A stretch of 64,000 nt of DNA from Polyangiales bacterium. Lineage in GTDB: Bacteria > Myxococcota_A > Polyangia > Polyangiales > Polyangiaceae. The DNA is taken from positions 352,001 to 416,000 of the forward strand of contig JBBRLQ010000003.1 in assembly GCA_038231275.1 (NCBI GenBank), in the 5' to 3' direction. The translations under genes and the position numbers were made by a program. A model generated the notes under the pieces. That model was not told the origin of the DNA. It saw only the letters and a program-made list of their open reading frames with translations, and made no database searches. Every line of letters begins with the position of its first letter. Within the stretch, counting starts at the first letter, position 1. Shown piece by piece: positions 39,958 to 49,650 of this stretch.

Positions 39958-40605
39958 ATGCCGCGCGCAAAATCGATCCCCAAGCGCGCGTACCACCACG
40001 GCGACTTGCGCGTCGCGCTCATCGCCGCCGCCGTCCAGATCCTCGAGAAGGACGGAGAAGCGGCGCTGACCCTCCGCGAGGTCGCGCGGCGGGTCGGTGT
40101 GTCGCAGGCCGCGCCCTACCATCACTTCGCAGACAAGGAAGCGATCCTCGCGGCGGTCGGCGAGGACGGTTTCAACCACCTCGCCGTGGCGATGGAAGAC
40201 GGGCGCGCCGCCGCGGGTCGCGGGACGCGCGCGATCCTCCGCGCGATGGGCGTCGCGTACGTGCGGTTCGCCGTGCGGCATCCGTCGCACTTCCGCGTCA
40301 TGTTCTCGGGCATCCTGCAGAAACGCGGCGTGAAGGAGTGCGGCCCCCTTCACGCCGCGGCGCAGCGCTCGTTCGGGATGCTGCTCGAGGCGGTCGTCGC
40401 GGCGCAGAAAGCCGGGGCGATCGTCGAAGGGAATCCGGCCAAGCTCGCGCTCTTCTCGTGGTCGATGGTGCACGGCCTCGCGATGCTGCACCTCAACGGC
40501 GTCGCCGATGGACCGGCGGGCCCGCTCGGCTCGATCGACGACCTCGCCGCCGGCGCGGCGGAGGCGATCTCGCGCGGGCTGGAGACGCGCGGCACGCGTT
40601 CTTGA
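39958..40605 (+). CDS. TetR/AcrR regulator (WHG-type C-terminus)
   Basis: YHHGDLR, LTLREVARRVGVSQAAPYHHF, WSMVHG. Confidence 0.93.
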   Translation: MPRAKSIPKRAYHHGDLRVALIAAAVQILEKDGEAALTLREVARRVGVSQAAPYHHFADKEAILAAVGEDGFNHLAVAMEDGRAAAGRGTRAILRAMGVAYVRFAVRHPSHFRVMFSGILQKRGVKECGPLHAAAQRSFGMLLEAVVAAQKAGAIVEGNPAKLALFSWSMVHGLAMLHLNGVADGPAGPLGSIDDLAAGAAEAISRGLETRGTRS

Positions 40606-40611
40606 GCGCGG

Positions 40612-42717
40612 TCACGCCAGGGTGCGGACCTTTGCCTCGCGTTCCCACTGACGGGTCTTGGCGGCTGCGAGGAACGCCTTCGTGTCCCCGGCGTCGACGA
40701 CGCCCGCGTCCTCCTCGACGTTGGCGCCCTCGAGGAGCTTGCGCCCTCCGGCGTCGACCGCGATGGCCTTGAGGTGGCCAAACGCGTCTCGCACGAAGTC
40801 GATCGCCGACGACTCCCTCACGAGCGCCTTGCTCCCGGCCTCCGACAAGATCACTGCGACGGCGTCGAAAACGACGGAGGGCGTTCCGGCGAGCTGACCG
40901 TCCGCCGCCAGCGTGGACCCGTCCGCGAGCTTCACGCCACCGACCTTCGGCGCCACGATCTTCACCGTCGCGCCGGCGCCGCTCACCGCTTTCACGACTC
41001 CTCGGACTGCCCGCGCGTCTGAGCCGTCCGCGACCAGGACGCCGACGCACCGGCCTTCGAGGGTGTGCTTCATTTTGCCGAGAATCTGGAGCGCCGGTGA
41101 GGGCGCCATCGGGCGAACGGGCGCGGCGGCTTTCGGAGGCGGCGGCATCTCGCCGAGCGCGAGCCCGTTCGCGACGCGTTTCGCGAGCGAGGGATCGACG
41201 TGAACGAGGTGGCCCACCATCGCCGCGCGCACGTGCGCGTGCTCGACCTTGGAGAGCTCGAAGACGAGCGCCGAGGCGATGTGGGCCTGCTCGTGCGAGG
41301 TCTGGCTTCGGTAGAACATCCGAGCCTGCGAGTAATGATCGGCGAAGCTCTGGGCCCGCACGCGTCCCTTCTCGCCGTCGTCGCGCGCGGCAGCGCTGCG
41401 AAATCCTCGCGGCGTCTCGCGCGGTGAGTCCGCGGCGAGCGAGCTCGGCTCGTAGGCCACGCGCCCCTTCGGCATCTCCGTCTGCATGTGACCGTCGCGC
41501 TGGTGATTCGCGAACGGGCACTTCGGACGGTTCACCGGGAGCTGGTGGAAGTTCGGCGACCCGAGCCGCGACAGCTGCGTGTCGAGGTACGAAAACAGTC
41601 GCCCCTGCAAGAGCGGATCGTTCGAGAAGTCGATCCCGGGCACGACGTGAGAAGGGCAGTAGGCGACCTGCTCGGTCTCCGCGAAAAAATTGTCCGGCCA
41701 CCGGTCGAGCACCATCCGGCCGACGACCTGGAGGGGCACGAGCTCCTCGGGAACGAGCTTCGTCGCGTCGAGGTGATCGAAGGGGAAGGCGTCCGCCTCT
41801 TTCTCCGTGAAGAGCTGGACCGAGAGCTCCCACTCCGGAAAATTCCCCGCGGTGATCGCCTCGAACAGATCGCGCCGATGAAAGTCGGGGTCTGCTCCTG
41901 CCAGCTTCACGGTCTCGTCCCAGATCGTCGACTGGAGGCCGAGCTTGGGCCGCCAATGAAACTTCACGAACGTCCCCTCGCCGGCCGCGTTGACGAGTCG
42001 GAAGGTGTGGACCCCGAACCCCTCGATCATGCGAAGCGATCGCGGCAGCGTTCGGTCCGACATGATCCACATGACCATGTGCATGGACTCGGGCGTCAGC
42101 GAGATGAAGTCCCAGAAGGTGTCGTGCGCGGTGGCCGACTGCGGGAAGCCGCGATCAGGCTCCATTTTCACCGCGTGGACGAGATCGGGAAACTTGATCG
42201 CGTCCTGGATGAAGAAGACGGGGATGTTGTTTCCGACGAGATCCCAGTTTCCTTCCTTCGTGTAGAACTTGACCGCGAACCCGCGAACGTCGCGCGGCGT
42301 GTCCACCGAGCCGGCGCCTCCCGCGACGGTCGAGATGCGCGTGAACACGGGGGTCCGCTCGCCGACCTCGGTGAGCACCTTCGCCGTGGTGTAGCGCGAG
42401 AGGGACCGCGTGAGCTCGAAGAAGCCGTGCGCCGCGGAGGCGCGCGCGTGCACGATGCGCTCGGGGATCCGCTCGTGGTCGAAGCGCGTGATCTTCTCGC
42501 GGAGCACAAAATCCTCGAGGAGCGTGGGTCCCCGCGGGCTCCCTCGGAGCGAATTTTGGTCGTCCGAGATCGGCACGCCTTGATTGGTGGTCAGCGGAGG
42601 ATGGGTTGCGCCCGCCACTTGGTGCAGCTCCCCCCCGGCCCCGCGCGTCGCGTCGGCCCTGCCCGTTCGCGTTTTCGTTCGCGCGGCGCCTCGGTCCGTA
42701 GTCGTCTTGTTCTTCAC
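40612..42717 (-). CDS. katE: Large-subunit heme catalase HPII
   Basis: [37 protein letters not shown]-terminal DJ-1/flavodoxin-like domain. Confidence 0.95.
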   Translation of the reverse strand: MKNKTTTDRGAARTKTRTGRADATRGAGGELHQVAGATHPPLTTNQGVPISDDQNSLRGSPRGPTLLEDFVLREKITRFDHERIPERIVHARASAAHGFFELTRSLSRYTTAKVLTEVGERTPVFTRISTVAGGAGSVDTPRDVRGFAVKFYTKEGNWDLVGNNIPVFFIQDAIKFPDLVHAVKMEPDRGFPQSATAHDTFWDFISLTPESMHMVMWIMSDRTLPRSLRMIEGFGVHTFRLVNAAGEGTFVKFHWRPKLGLQSTIWDETVKLAGADPDFHRRDLFEAITAGNFPEWELSVQLFTEKEADAFPFDHLDATKLVPEELVPLQVVGRMVLDRWPDNFFAETEQVAYCPSHVVPGIDFSNDPLLQGRLFSYLDTQLSRLGSPNFHQLPVNRPKCPFANHQRDGHMQTEMPKGRVAYEPSSLAADSPRETPRGFRSAAARDDGEKGRVRAQSFADHYSQARMFYRSQTSHEQAHIASALVFELSKVEHAHVRAAMVGHLVHVDPSLAKRVANGLALGEMPPPPKAAAPVRPMAPSPALQILGKMKHTLEGRCVGVLVADGSDARAVRGVVKAVSGAGATVKIVAPKVGGVKLADGSTLAADGQLAGTPSVVFDAVAVILSEAGSKALVRESSAIDFVRDAFGHLKAIAVDAGGRKLLEGANVEEDAGVVDAGDTKAFLAAAKTRQWEREAKVRTLA

Positions 42718-42745
42718 GGTTTGCTGGTTCTCCCGCGCGGCCTAC

Positions 42746-42761
42746 TGCGAGCGACGTGCCA
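42746..42761 (-). promoter_or_regulatory. Sigma54 promoter for catalase
   Basis: TGGCACGTCGCTCGCA, followed by a GGAGA RBS. Confidence 0.55.
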
Positions 42762-42781
42762 TTCGTCGTGTTCCGCGCCGA

Positions 42782-43288
42782 TCACCGAATCGCGGGACCG
42801 TCGACCTCGCCATGCTGGCCCGGCACGACCACGGGCTGCCGCCCCTTCACGTACGCCTTCGCCGCCTCGTACACGTAGCGAAGGCCCTTGATGCCCTCGG
42901 TGTTCCAGTATTCGGCGTGCACGGGGCGGAGCTGGAGGAGGCACAGCGACGGGTCGTCGGGGCCTTTCGGGAACCAGACCTTCATGGTCTCGCTCCAGCA
43001 CGCGCGAATCTGCGCGCGGTCGGTAACGATGCGCGCCGGACCACTGATCGACACGTACGCGCCCGTCGACTGGAAGGTGACCGCGGCGTGGTGATCGTGC
43101 TCGATCTCGGACACCTTGCCCGACTCGATGCTGGTCGCGAAGAACAGATCGTCGTCGTCGGCGAGCTTGGCCAGGGCCATCGGGCGCGCGTGCATCGTCC
43201 CTTCCGGCGCGCGGGTGACGAGCATTCCACTGTGAAACTCCTTCACGAGCGCGCGCATGCGCTCGCGGTCCGTTCGTTCGTCCGTCAT
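42782..43288 (-). CDS. General stress protein (pyridoxamine 5'-phosphate oxidase-like)
   Basis: GMLVT, MHARPM, YVSISGPA, WFPKGPDDP, AEYW; RBS GGAGG. Confidence 0.88.
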   Translation of the reverse strand: MTDERTDRERMRALVKEFHSGMLVTRAPEGTMHARPMALAKLADDDDLFFATSIESGKVSEIEHDHHAAVTFQSTGAYVSISGPARIVTDRAQIRACWSETMKVWFPKGPDDPSLCLLQLRPVHAEYWNTEGIKGLRYVYEAAKAYVKGRQPVVVPGQHGEVDGPAIR

Positions 43289-43467
43289 GAATTCCTCCGA
43301 TTTGCCACCCCGCCTTGCACGTGCCGTGCGCACGGAGAGCGAGCGTGCATCCTCGTTGGAGGTGCCGCGAGGCCGTGCAGTGTGGCGGTCGGCATTGTCG
43401 CTACGCGCAAAAGCGCCGCGACCGTCGGCCGAAGCTCATCTACGAGATCGCCGCGTGACCGGGTGAC

Positions 43468-44358
43468 TCAGAACGCGCCGCCGAAGCCGAACGGCGTGCG
43501 CCCTGCCGGGGCCAGCGCTTGGCCGGCCGCGCCAGTCGCCGCGGCGTCGGGAGAGGACTTCGCCGCGTGGAAAAGGACGGGGACGCCGACGCCGATGAGC
43601 GAGCCGACCACGACGGCGGTGAGCACATCCGAAAGGTAGTGCTTGTCGGCGGCGATTCGCAGGTAGCCGACGGCGCTCGCCGCGGTGAGCCCGATCGCCC
43701 ATACGACCGGCGCCAGGCGATATCCACGCAGCGACGCCGTTGTTCCGCTCGACGTCGCGATGGCGAACGCCATGTTGGTGTGGCCAGAGAAGAACGAGAG
43801 GTTGTCGTCCGACGGCGTGTCGGTGAGCGCGCGCACACCCTGCGGCGCGCGCGGCATGAAGTGCACGAACGGGCGTTCGCGCGCGAACGCGAACTTCACG
43901 AGCTGGTTGAGGTCTCCCGCGAGCAGCGAGGCCTCGACGATCACGAGCGCGTCGACGGGGTAGCCGTGCATCGCGTCGTCGTGGTTCGCCGCGATCGCCG
44001 TCATCCCGAGCCCGCCGAGCGGGAGGAGGACGAAGCCGATGATCGAGCTCGAGAGGTCCGCCGCGCGTGTGTTCTGCCAGAGGAGCTGCTTGCGGCACCA
44101 GCCGTCGGCCGCGTTGAGCGCGCTCGTCCCGTCCTCCGCGCGGTAGCACCAGCGGCACTTGTCGGGCACGAGCTGGGATTTCAGCACCTCCGAGGCGCCG
44201 AGCCACAGTCCGGCCGTCGCCGTGACCGCGAGATCGATGCGCGTGTCGTAGCGGAGCGTGCGCACGTTGGAGCGTGGCACTTCGGCGTCCGCGGTCCCGC
44301 TCACGAGGAGCGCGCACGCAAAGAGCGCGAGAGCGATTGTCGGCGTCGAGGCGCGCAC
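43468..44358 (-). CDS. PAP2-family phosphatase
   Basis: KFAFARERP, SFFSGH, LRIAADKHYLSDV; GTG start inferred from TATACT 8 nt upstream. Confidence 0.88.
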   Translation of the reverse strand: MRASTPTIALALFACALLVSGTADAEVPRSNVRTLRYDTRIDLAVTATAGLWLGASEVLKSQLVPDKCRWCYRAEDGTSALNAADGWCRKQLLWQNTRAADLSSSIIGFVLLPLGGLGMTAIAANHDDAMHGYPVDALVIVEASLLAGDLNQLVKFAFARERPFVHFMPRAPQGVRALTDTPSDDNLSFFSGHTNMAFAIATSSGTTASLRGYRLAPVVWAIGLTAASAVGYLRIAADKHYLSDVLTAVVVGSLIGVGVPVLFHAAKSSPDAAATGAAGQALAPAGRTPFGFGGAF

Positions 44359-44396
44359 GAGCGTGCAGTATAGAGGAGCGACGGTCACGATCGCCC

Positions 44397-45452
44397 ATGA
44401 AGACGACGCACTTCGCCACCCTCGCGGCAACGGTCGCGCTCTCCACGTGCGTGGGAGGCGAGGCGTGGGCGCAGTCGGCCGGCTTCGCGGTGGACCGGTT
44501 CGAGCCGTCGGAGCGCGGGAGCGACTGGTTCGTCAACGAGTCGCTCGATTTTCGCAGCGCCGCCCGTCCCGCGGCGGGCGCCGTCTTCGACTGGGCGTAC
44601 AAGCCGCTCCTCCTCTTTCCACGCGACGACGTCCAGGGCGTCGCGCGCGCGACGGTGATCACCGATCAGGTCTTTTTGCACGTCGGCGGCTCGCTCATCC
44701 TCGCCGATCGCCTCCGCCTCGGCGCGAGCTTGCCGATCGCGATCTACCAGCAGGGCGAGGACACGCGCGGGATCACCGTCGCGACCTCTGCGCCTTCCAA
44801 GGCTGCGCTCGGCGACGCGCGTCTTGCCGCGGACGTTCTGCTGTTCGGCGAGTACGGAGGGCCTCTGCGCGGAGCCGTGGGGGCGCGCATTTTCTTGCCG
44901 TCCGGCAGCCGCGCGCAATTCACGGGCGACGGTACGGTACGCGCGTCGCCGCACGTCCTCCTCGCCGGGGACTACTCAGGCTTCGTCTACGCGGCGAAGC
45001 TCGGCGCCGCGATCCGCCCGTTCGACGGCACGTTCGAAGGACGCCCGCTCGGCAGCGAGGCCCTCTTCGCCGCGGCCGTGGGCGTGAAGGTGAACGATCG
45101 CTTCGTCTTCGGACCGGAGCTGTACGGGAGCACGTCCGTCACGCGCGACGCGCCGCTCCGCACGCGTGACACTCCGCTCGAGATTCTCGTCGGCGCACAC
45201 CTCAGCCTGGGCGACGACGCGCAGGTCGGCACCGCGATCGGACCAGGCCTCACGCGGGGCGACGGAAGCCCGTCCATGCGCGTTCTCATCGCCCTCGAAT
45301 GGGCGCCCGATCCGTGCGTCGACAAGGACGGCGACGGCATCTGCGCGAACGACGACGCGTGCCCCGACGTCGACGGCGTCCGGACGAACGATCCCAAGAC
45401 GAACGGGTGCCCGCGGCCGTCACCACCTTCTGCCGAAGAGACGCCGAAGTAA
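44397..45452 (+). CDS. Outer-membrane beta-barrel with TSP3 Ca-binding repeats, no OmpA C-terminal domain
   Basis: Signal peptide, FAVDRFEPS, LGDARL, GPELYGST, DKDGDGI..DDACPDVDG..DPKTNGCP then stop. Confidence 0.78.
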   Translation: MKTTHFATLAATVALSTCVGGEAWAQSAGFAVDRFEPSERGSDWFVNESLDFRSAARPAAGAVFDWAYKPLLLFPRDDVQGVARATVITDQVFLHVGGSLILADRLRLGASLPIAIYQQGEDTRGITVATSAPSKAALGDARLAADVLLFGEYGGPLRGAVGARIFLPSGSRAQFTGDGTVRASPHVLLAGDYSGFVYAAKLGAAIRPFDGTFEGRPLGSEALFAAAVGVKVNDRFVFGPELYGSTSVTRDAPLRTRDTPLEILVGAHLSLGDDAQVGTAIGPGLTRGDGSPSMRVLIALEWAPDPCVDKDGDGICANDDACPDVDGVRTNDPKTNGCPRPSPPSAEETPK

Positions 45453-45532
45453 GTACCGCCCCTGCTTCGCGTTTCTTTTTGGTTCGGCTTGCGCGAAGGC
45501 GACGGTATTCTGCGAGGCTGAAAAGAGGTGTC

Positions 45533-46834
45533 ATGCGCGTCAGCTCCGGCCATCGGTCGCACGTGTGGAGTCTTGGGCTCGTCGGTTTCCTTGGCGTCGC
45601 TGCGTGCGCCGCAGCGGGCTGCAGCGGGGACGACTCGAACGGCGGGACACCCACGCCCGACGCCGGACCCGACAAGGACGGGACGACCTCGCACGACGGA
45701 GATACGACCGACACGAGCGTCGCGGACTCGTCCGATGGCGCGACGACCGGGGACGCGAACGACGCGGGCATCGATACCGGGCCTCCGTTCGACTGCACGA
45801 CGGACACGCCGGACGCGGGAGGCGGCGCGGTTCAGCTCCCGACCGATCTGCGCTGCACCGGCCTCTATTCGGTGTGGGCGACCAAGACGGTCGCCGCCGA
45901 CGCGCGTCCTTACGCGCCCGGCTACCCCCTTTGGAGCGACGGCGCGATCAAATCACGGTGGATCCACCTGCCTGCGGGCGCAAAAATCGACGCGACCGAT
46001 CCGAACGAGTGGACCTTCCCGGTCGGCACCAAGCTGTGGAAGGAGTTCGCCCTCGGCGGCAAGCGCATCGAGACCCGCTTGTTCCAGAAGGTCGCGGACG
46101 GCACGTGGGCGCGCACGACGTACCAATGGTCGGCGGATGAATCCGCGGCCACGCGCCTCGACACGGGCTTCGGCGGTCCTCCGGCGGACGCCGGGCTCAT
46201 CGACGACGGCGGCGGCGCGGTCGACGCGTCGGCAACCTACGAGATCCCGAGCGCCGCGAAATGCGACAGCTGTCACAACGGCCGGCTCGACAAGGTGCTC
46301 GGCTTCGAGGCGGTGAACCTCGGCGCCGCGGCCGCGACCGGCGTGACGCTCGGCGTCCTCAAGACCGAAGGGCTCCTCGTCACCGCGGACGGCGGCGCGT
46401 CGCCTCTCCCCGCGACGCTGACCATCCCCGAGGACGGCACAGGCAAGGGGCGCGAGGCGATCGGGTGGCTCCACTCGAACTGCGGCATTGTCTGCCACAA
46501 CGCGAACCCCGGCGCGGGGTGCAGCTTCAACAGCATGCGACTTCGCGTCAATGTCGCAGAGCTCGTCCTCACCGACGGTGGAACGCCGACGCTCCAGGCC
46601 CTGCAGGCCTATACGACGACGCACGACGTCGCCGCCTCGACCGGGCTCGGCGATCCGGCGAATTTCCCTTACAGCCGCATCGCGCACGGCAATCCGACGA
46701 AGAGCCTCGCCCGGTACCTCACCGGTCGGCGCACGACGACGGAGCTGTACGGTCAGATGCCGCCGCTCGACAGCCACGTCGTCGACGTTGCCGACGTCGC
46801 GAACCTGAACGCGTGGATCGTGGCGATGCCCTGA
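45533..46834 (+). CDS. Di-heme c-type cytochrome lipoprotein (SO2930-like)
   Basis: LWSDGAIKSRWIHLP, FPVGTKLWKEF, ETRL, CDSCH, HSNCGIVCH, QMPPL. Confidence 0.78.
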   Translation: MRVSSGHRSHVWSLGLVGFLGVAACAAAGCSGDDSNGGTPTPDAGPDKDGTTSHDGDTTDTSVADSSDGATTGDANDAGIDTGPPFDCTTDTPDAGGGAVQLPTDLRCTGLYSVWATKTVAADARPYAPGYPLWSDGAIKSRWIHLPAGAKIDATDPNEWTFPVGTKLWKEFALGGKRIETRLFQKVADGTWARTTYQWSADESAATRLDTGFGGPPADAGLIDDGGGAVDASATYEIPSAAKCDSCHNGRLDKVLGFEAVNLGAAAATGVTLGVLKTEGLLVTADGGASPLPATLTIPEDGTGKGREAIGWLHSNCGIVCHNANPGAGCSFNSMRLRVNVAELVLTDGGTPTLQALQAYTTTHDVAASTGLGDPANFPYSRIAHGNPTKSLARYLTGRRTTTELYGQMPPLDSHVVDVADVANLNAWIVAMP

Positions 46835-46852
46835 TCCTTCGCGTGAGGCACG

Positions 46853-47284
46853 CTAGGCGTGCGTGCTGATCGTGAAGTAGTGACCGGCCTGCTGGAGGTC
46901 GACGGTGTTGTTGCCCGCCCCCGAGACGGTGCCGACGCAGATGACCTCCATCCCGATCTTGTTCACGCTCTCGACGACCAGCTTGTACGCGGTCACGATC
47001 TCTTCGCGATCGGTGCTGGTCACCTGGCACGTCGGGCTGATGTGGCCGCCGACTTTCACGAGCGCGCCGTCGTAGTCGGCTGCCGCCATGTAGAGCGACC
47101 ACTTTCCGTTCTGCTTGCGGAGATCGACCTGCACGATGGAGCTATTGACCTGCTTCGTGCCGCCAGGACCGCTGATTTGGTAGACGAGGTGCGATTGGAA
47201 CGTCGCCCCGGCGGCTCGACCATCGGAGGGAGCGAGGAGGAGCGCGGCGAACGGCAAGAGGGCGGCGAGGTGGGGGAGGCGCAT
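46853..47284 (-). CDS. Small secreted beta-rich protein
   Basis: Signal peptide MRLPHLAALLPFAALLLAPSDGRA. Confidence 0.7.
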   Translation of the reverse strand: MRLPHLAALLPFAALLLAPSDGRAAGATFQSHLVYQISGPGGTKQVNSSIVQVDLRKQNGKWSLYMAAADYDGALVKVGGHISPTCQVTSTDREEIVTAYKLVVESVNKIGMEVICVGTVSGAGNNTVDLQQAGHYFTISTHA

Positions 47285-47296
47285 GAGCACTCACTA

Positions 47297-47312
47297 AGCA
47301 AGGGCTCGGCCA
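47297..47312 (-). promoter_or_regulatory. Sigma54 promoter, 12 nt before ATG
   Basis: TGGCCGAGCCCTTGCT. Confidence 0.65.
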
Positions 47313-47445
47313 GTGTAGCGAGGCGTCGCGAACGCAGCGAAACCTCGTCGCTCGAAGTGCAACGATGCGCCACCGCGGCGTCGCCCTCGTGCGCGCGGTG
47401 CACTCGAAGTGCAACGCGCGCACAGAGTCCATGCGCGCGCGTGCG

Positions 47446-48456
47446 CTACGGAATCAGCACCGCGCGGAAGCGGACTTTGTTGGCCATCACCTTGCCGAAC
47501 GCCTCTTCTGCCTTCGCGAGCGGGAATTTCTCGATGCGCGGGCGCACGTTCATGAGCGCGCTGAAGGCCATCGTGTCCTCGGAGTCGATCGCGCTGCCGC
47601 TCGGCCATCCGGCGACGGTCTTGCCGCTGAGGAGCGAGAACGGCGAGATCGAGATCGGCTCGAATGGCGCCGCGACGATGAGGAGCTTGCCGCGCGGCTT
47701 GAGACCGTCGACGGCGCCGGAGATCGTCGCGGCGTGCGGTGCGGTCGCGAGGACGAGATCGGCGCCGCCCAGCTTCTGAAGCCCCTCCGCGGTCGTCGTC
47801 TTCTCGCTGTCGATGTACTCGTGCGCGCCGAGCTGCCTTGCGAGCTCCGCCTTGTCGCTCCCGCGCGAGAGGGCGACGGTGCGGAAGCCCATTTTCGCGG
47901 CGAACTGGATCGCGAGGTGACCGAGGCCGCCGATGCCTTGCACGGCGACGGTGTCTCCCGGTCGCGCGCCGCTGTTTCGGAGCGCGTTGTACGTCGTGAT
48001 GCCGGCGCACAGGAGCGGCCCTGCGTCGGCGGCGTCGATCGCTGCCGGAATGCGTGCGAGGGCTTGTTGCGGCACGACCGCGAACTCGGCGTAGCCGCCG
48101 TCGAAGCTGATCCCGGTGACCAGCGCGTTGGGGCAGTTGAGGAAGTGACCGCGCCTGCACGCGTCGCACTCCATGCAGCTGCCGCCGTGCCAGCCGACGC
48201 CGACGCGCTCGCCGGCCTTCCAGGCCTTGACGCCCGAGCCCACGGCGTCGACCTTCCCGGCGATCTCGTGCCCCGGAATGCGCGGGAGCTGGAGGCCGGG
48301 AAACGCCCCGGATTTCACGAACGCGTCGCTGTGGCAGATGCCGCACGCCTCGACCTTCACGCGCACGTGCCCGGGACCCGGCTCGGGAACGTCGCGCTCG
48401 ACGAGCTCGAACGGGCCGTTCGCCTTCGACACCTGCATCGCCTTCATCTTCGCCAT
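47446..48456 (-). CDS. Zn-dependent alcohol dehydrogenase
   Basis: CGICHSD, PGHE, CMECDACRRGHFLNC, GIGGLGH. Confidence 0.95.
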   Translation of the reverse strand: MAKMKAMQVSKANGPFELVERDVPEPGPGHVRVKVEACGICHSDAFVKSGAFPGLQLPRIPGHEIAGKVDAVGSGVKAWKAGERVGVGWHGGSCMECDACRRGHFLNCPNALVTGISFDGGYAEFAVVPQQALARIPAAIDAADAGPLLCAGITTYNALRNSGARPGDTVAVQGIGGLGHLAIQFAAKMGFRTVALSRGSDKAELARQLGAHEYIDSEKTTTAEGLQKLGGADLVLATAPHAATISGAVDGLKPRGKLLIVAAPFEPISISPFSLLSGKTVAGWPSGSAIDSEDTMAFSALMNVRPRIEKFPLAKAEEAFGKVMANKVRFRAVLIP

Positions 48457-48578
48457 CGCGTCCTCCTCGGGTGGTGCCAGAGCATCGGCAACGGAGGGCG
48501 CAACCGCAAGGGGCGCCGGAGGACCAGGCGCCCGTGCCTACGGTTGGGCTGAGGCGTCGAGCGCGTGTGTGCGGCGCG

Positions 48579-49466
48579 TCAGGCTGCGTGACGTTTGGCG
48601 GCGCGGCGGCGCGCGGCGGTGATCGCGGCGATGCCGAGCCCGACGCCCAGCATTCCGCCACCGATCGGCGGCGCGTCACCGGGAGCCGCTGCGCACCCCG
48701 CCGATGCCTTCGCCTGCGCCTGACACGTGTTGCCGCTGCAGCTCGCGCTGGCGTCGACCTTCACGTTGAGGATGGCGTTGAGCGCGTCGACGCAATTTTG
48801 CAGGTTGTTTCCCGTGTCGACATAGTTGCCGTCGCAGAAGAGCGCGCCTTCGGGTTTCTGGCACTGCGCCGTGCAGCCGCCCTGGAGATCGCTCTTGCAC
48901 TGCACGTAGCCCTTGGACTGGCAGCTCACCTGGCAGTCGATGTTGGCCTTGCCGGAGCACGAGCCGTCGCAGCTCGCCTTGCACTTCGCGTCGCACGTCG
49001 CGCTCGGCGGCGTGCCCTTGCAGCTCACGTCGCAGTGGCCGCCGCACGTCGCTTTGCACGACGCTTGGCACTCCGCCTGCGCGCCGCCGTCGGTCGTACT
49101 CGCCGAGCACTTGCCGCTGCAGTCGGCCTCGCACGTCGCGGTGCAACTCCCCGCGCAGTCGTAGGTCCCCGGGTTGGCCTGACACTTTGCGCTGCAGTCG
49201 GCGGTGCATCCGCCGGAGCACGTCACGTCGGCGGTCGCGGAGCACTGCCCGTTGCACGTCGTCTCGAGCTTGCCGGCGCACGCGGCCTCGAACGTGATCG
49301 GCGTGCACTGCGCGGTGCAGCCGCCCGAGGCCACGACCTTGCACTTCGCGTCCGCGTGGACATCGATGGTGCCACACGCGTCGAGGCCCGCGCGCGCCTC
49401 GGTGGCGGCGAAGAGGACGGGGGCGGCGGCGAGGACGGCGGAGAGGAGAAACGTGGCTCGACGCAT
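48579..49466 (-). CDS. Cys-repeat (CxxxC) secreted protein with MYXO-CTERM-like tail
   Basis: Signal peptide; dozens of CxxxC units; AGCAAAP...hydrophobic helix...RRRAAKR. Confidence 0.85.
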   Translation of the reverse strand: MRRATFLLSAVLAAAPVLFAATEARAGLDACGTIDVHADAKCKVVASGGCTAQCTPITFEAACAGKLETTCNGQCSATADVTCSGGCTADCSAKCQANPGTYDCAGSCTATCEADCSGKCSASTTDGGAQAECQASCKATCGGHCDVSCKGTPPSATCDAKCKASCDGSCSGKANIDCQVSCQSKGYVQCKSDLQGGCTAQCQKPEGALFCDGNYVDTGNNLQNCVDALNAILNVKVDASASCSGNTCQAQAKASAGCAAAPGDAPPIGGGMLGVGLGIAAITAARRRAAKRHAA

Positions 49467-49507
49467 GGAGTGGGCTCCTTATGGATGAGATGACGGCAGC
49501 GTGGAGC

Positions 49508-49523
49508 TGCAACGACCGAACCA
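49508..49523 (-). promoter_or_regulatory. Sigma54 promoter candidate
   Basis: TGGTTCGGTCGTTGCA upstream of an AAGGAG RBS. Confidence 0.5.
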
Positions 49524-49650
49524 TCGCGCGATCCCGCGATGTTCGTCGTCTTTTCTCATCGCGGCCTCGCCGCAGCGCCTTTTCGCCACGGCATTCGCGA
49601 CACCGGCGTCAGGCGTGCGTGCGGCGCGCGTCAGGGGACCGAGGCGATCT

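Noticed and set aside
48579-49466. Cys-repeat protein as a metallothionein
   Set aside because: Has a signal peptide and a surface-sorting tail with CxxxC spacing, so the Cys residues are probably disulfide-bonded
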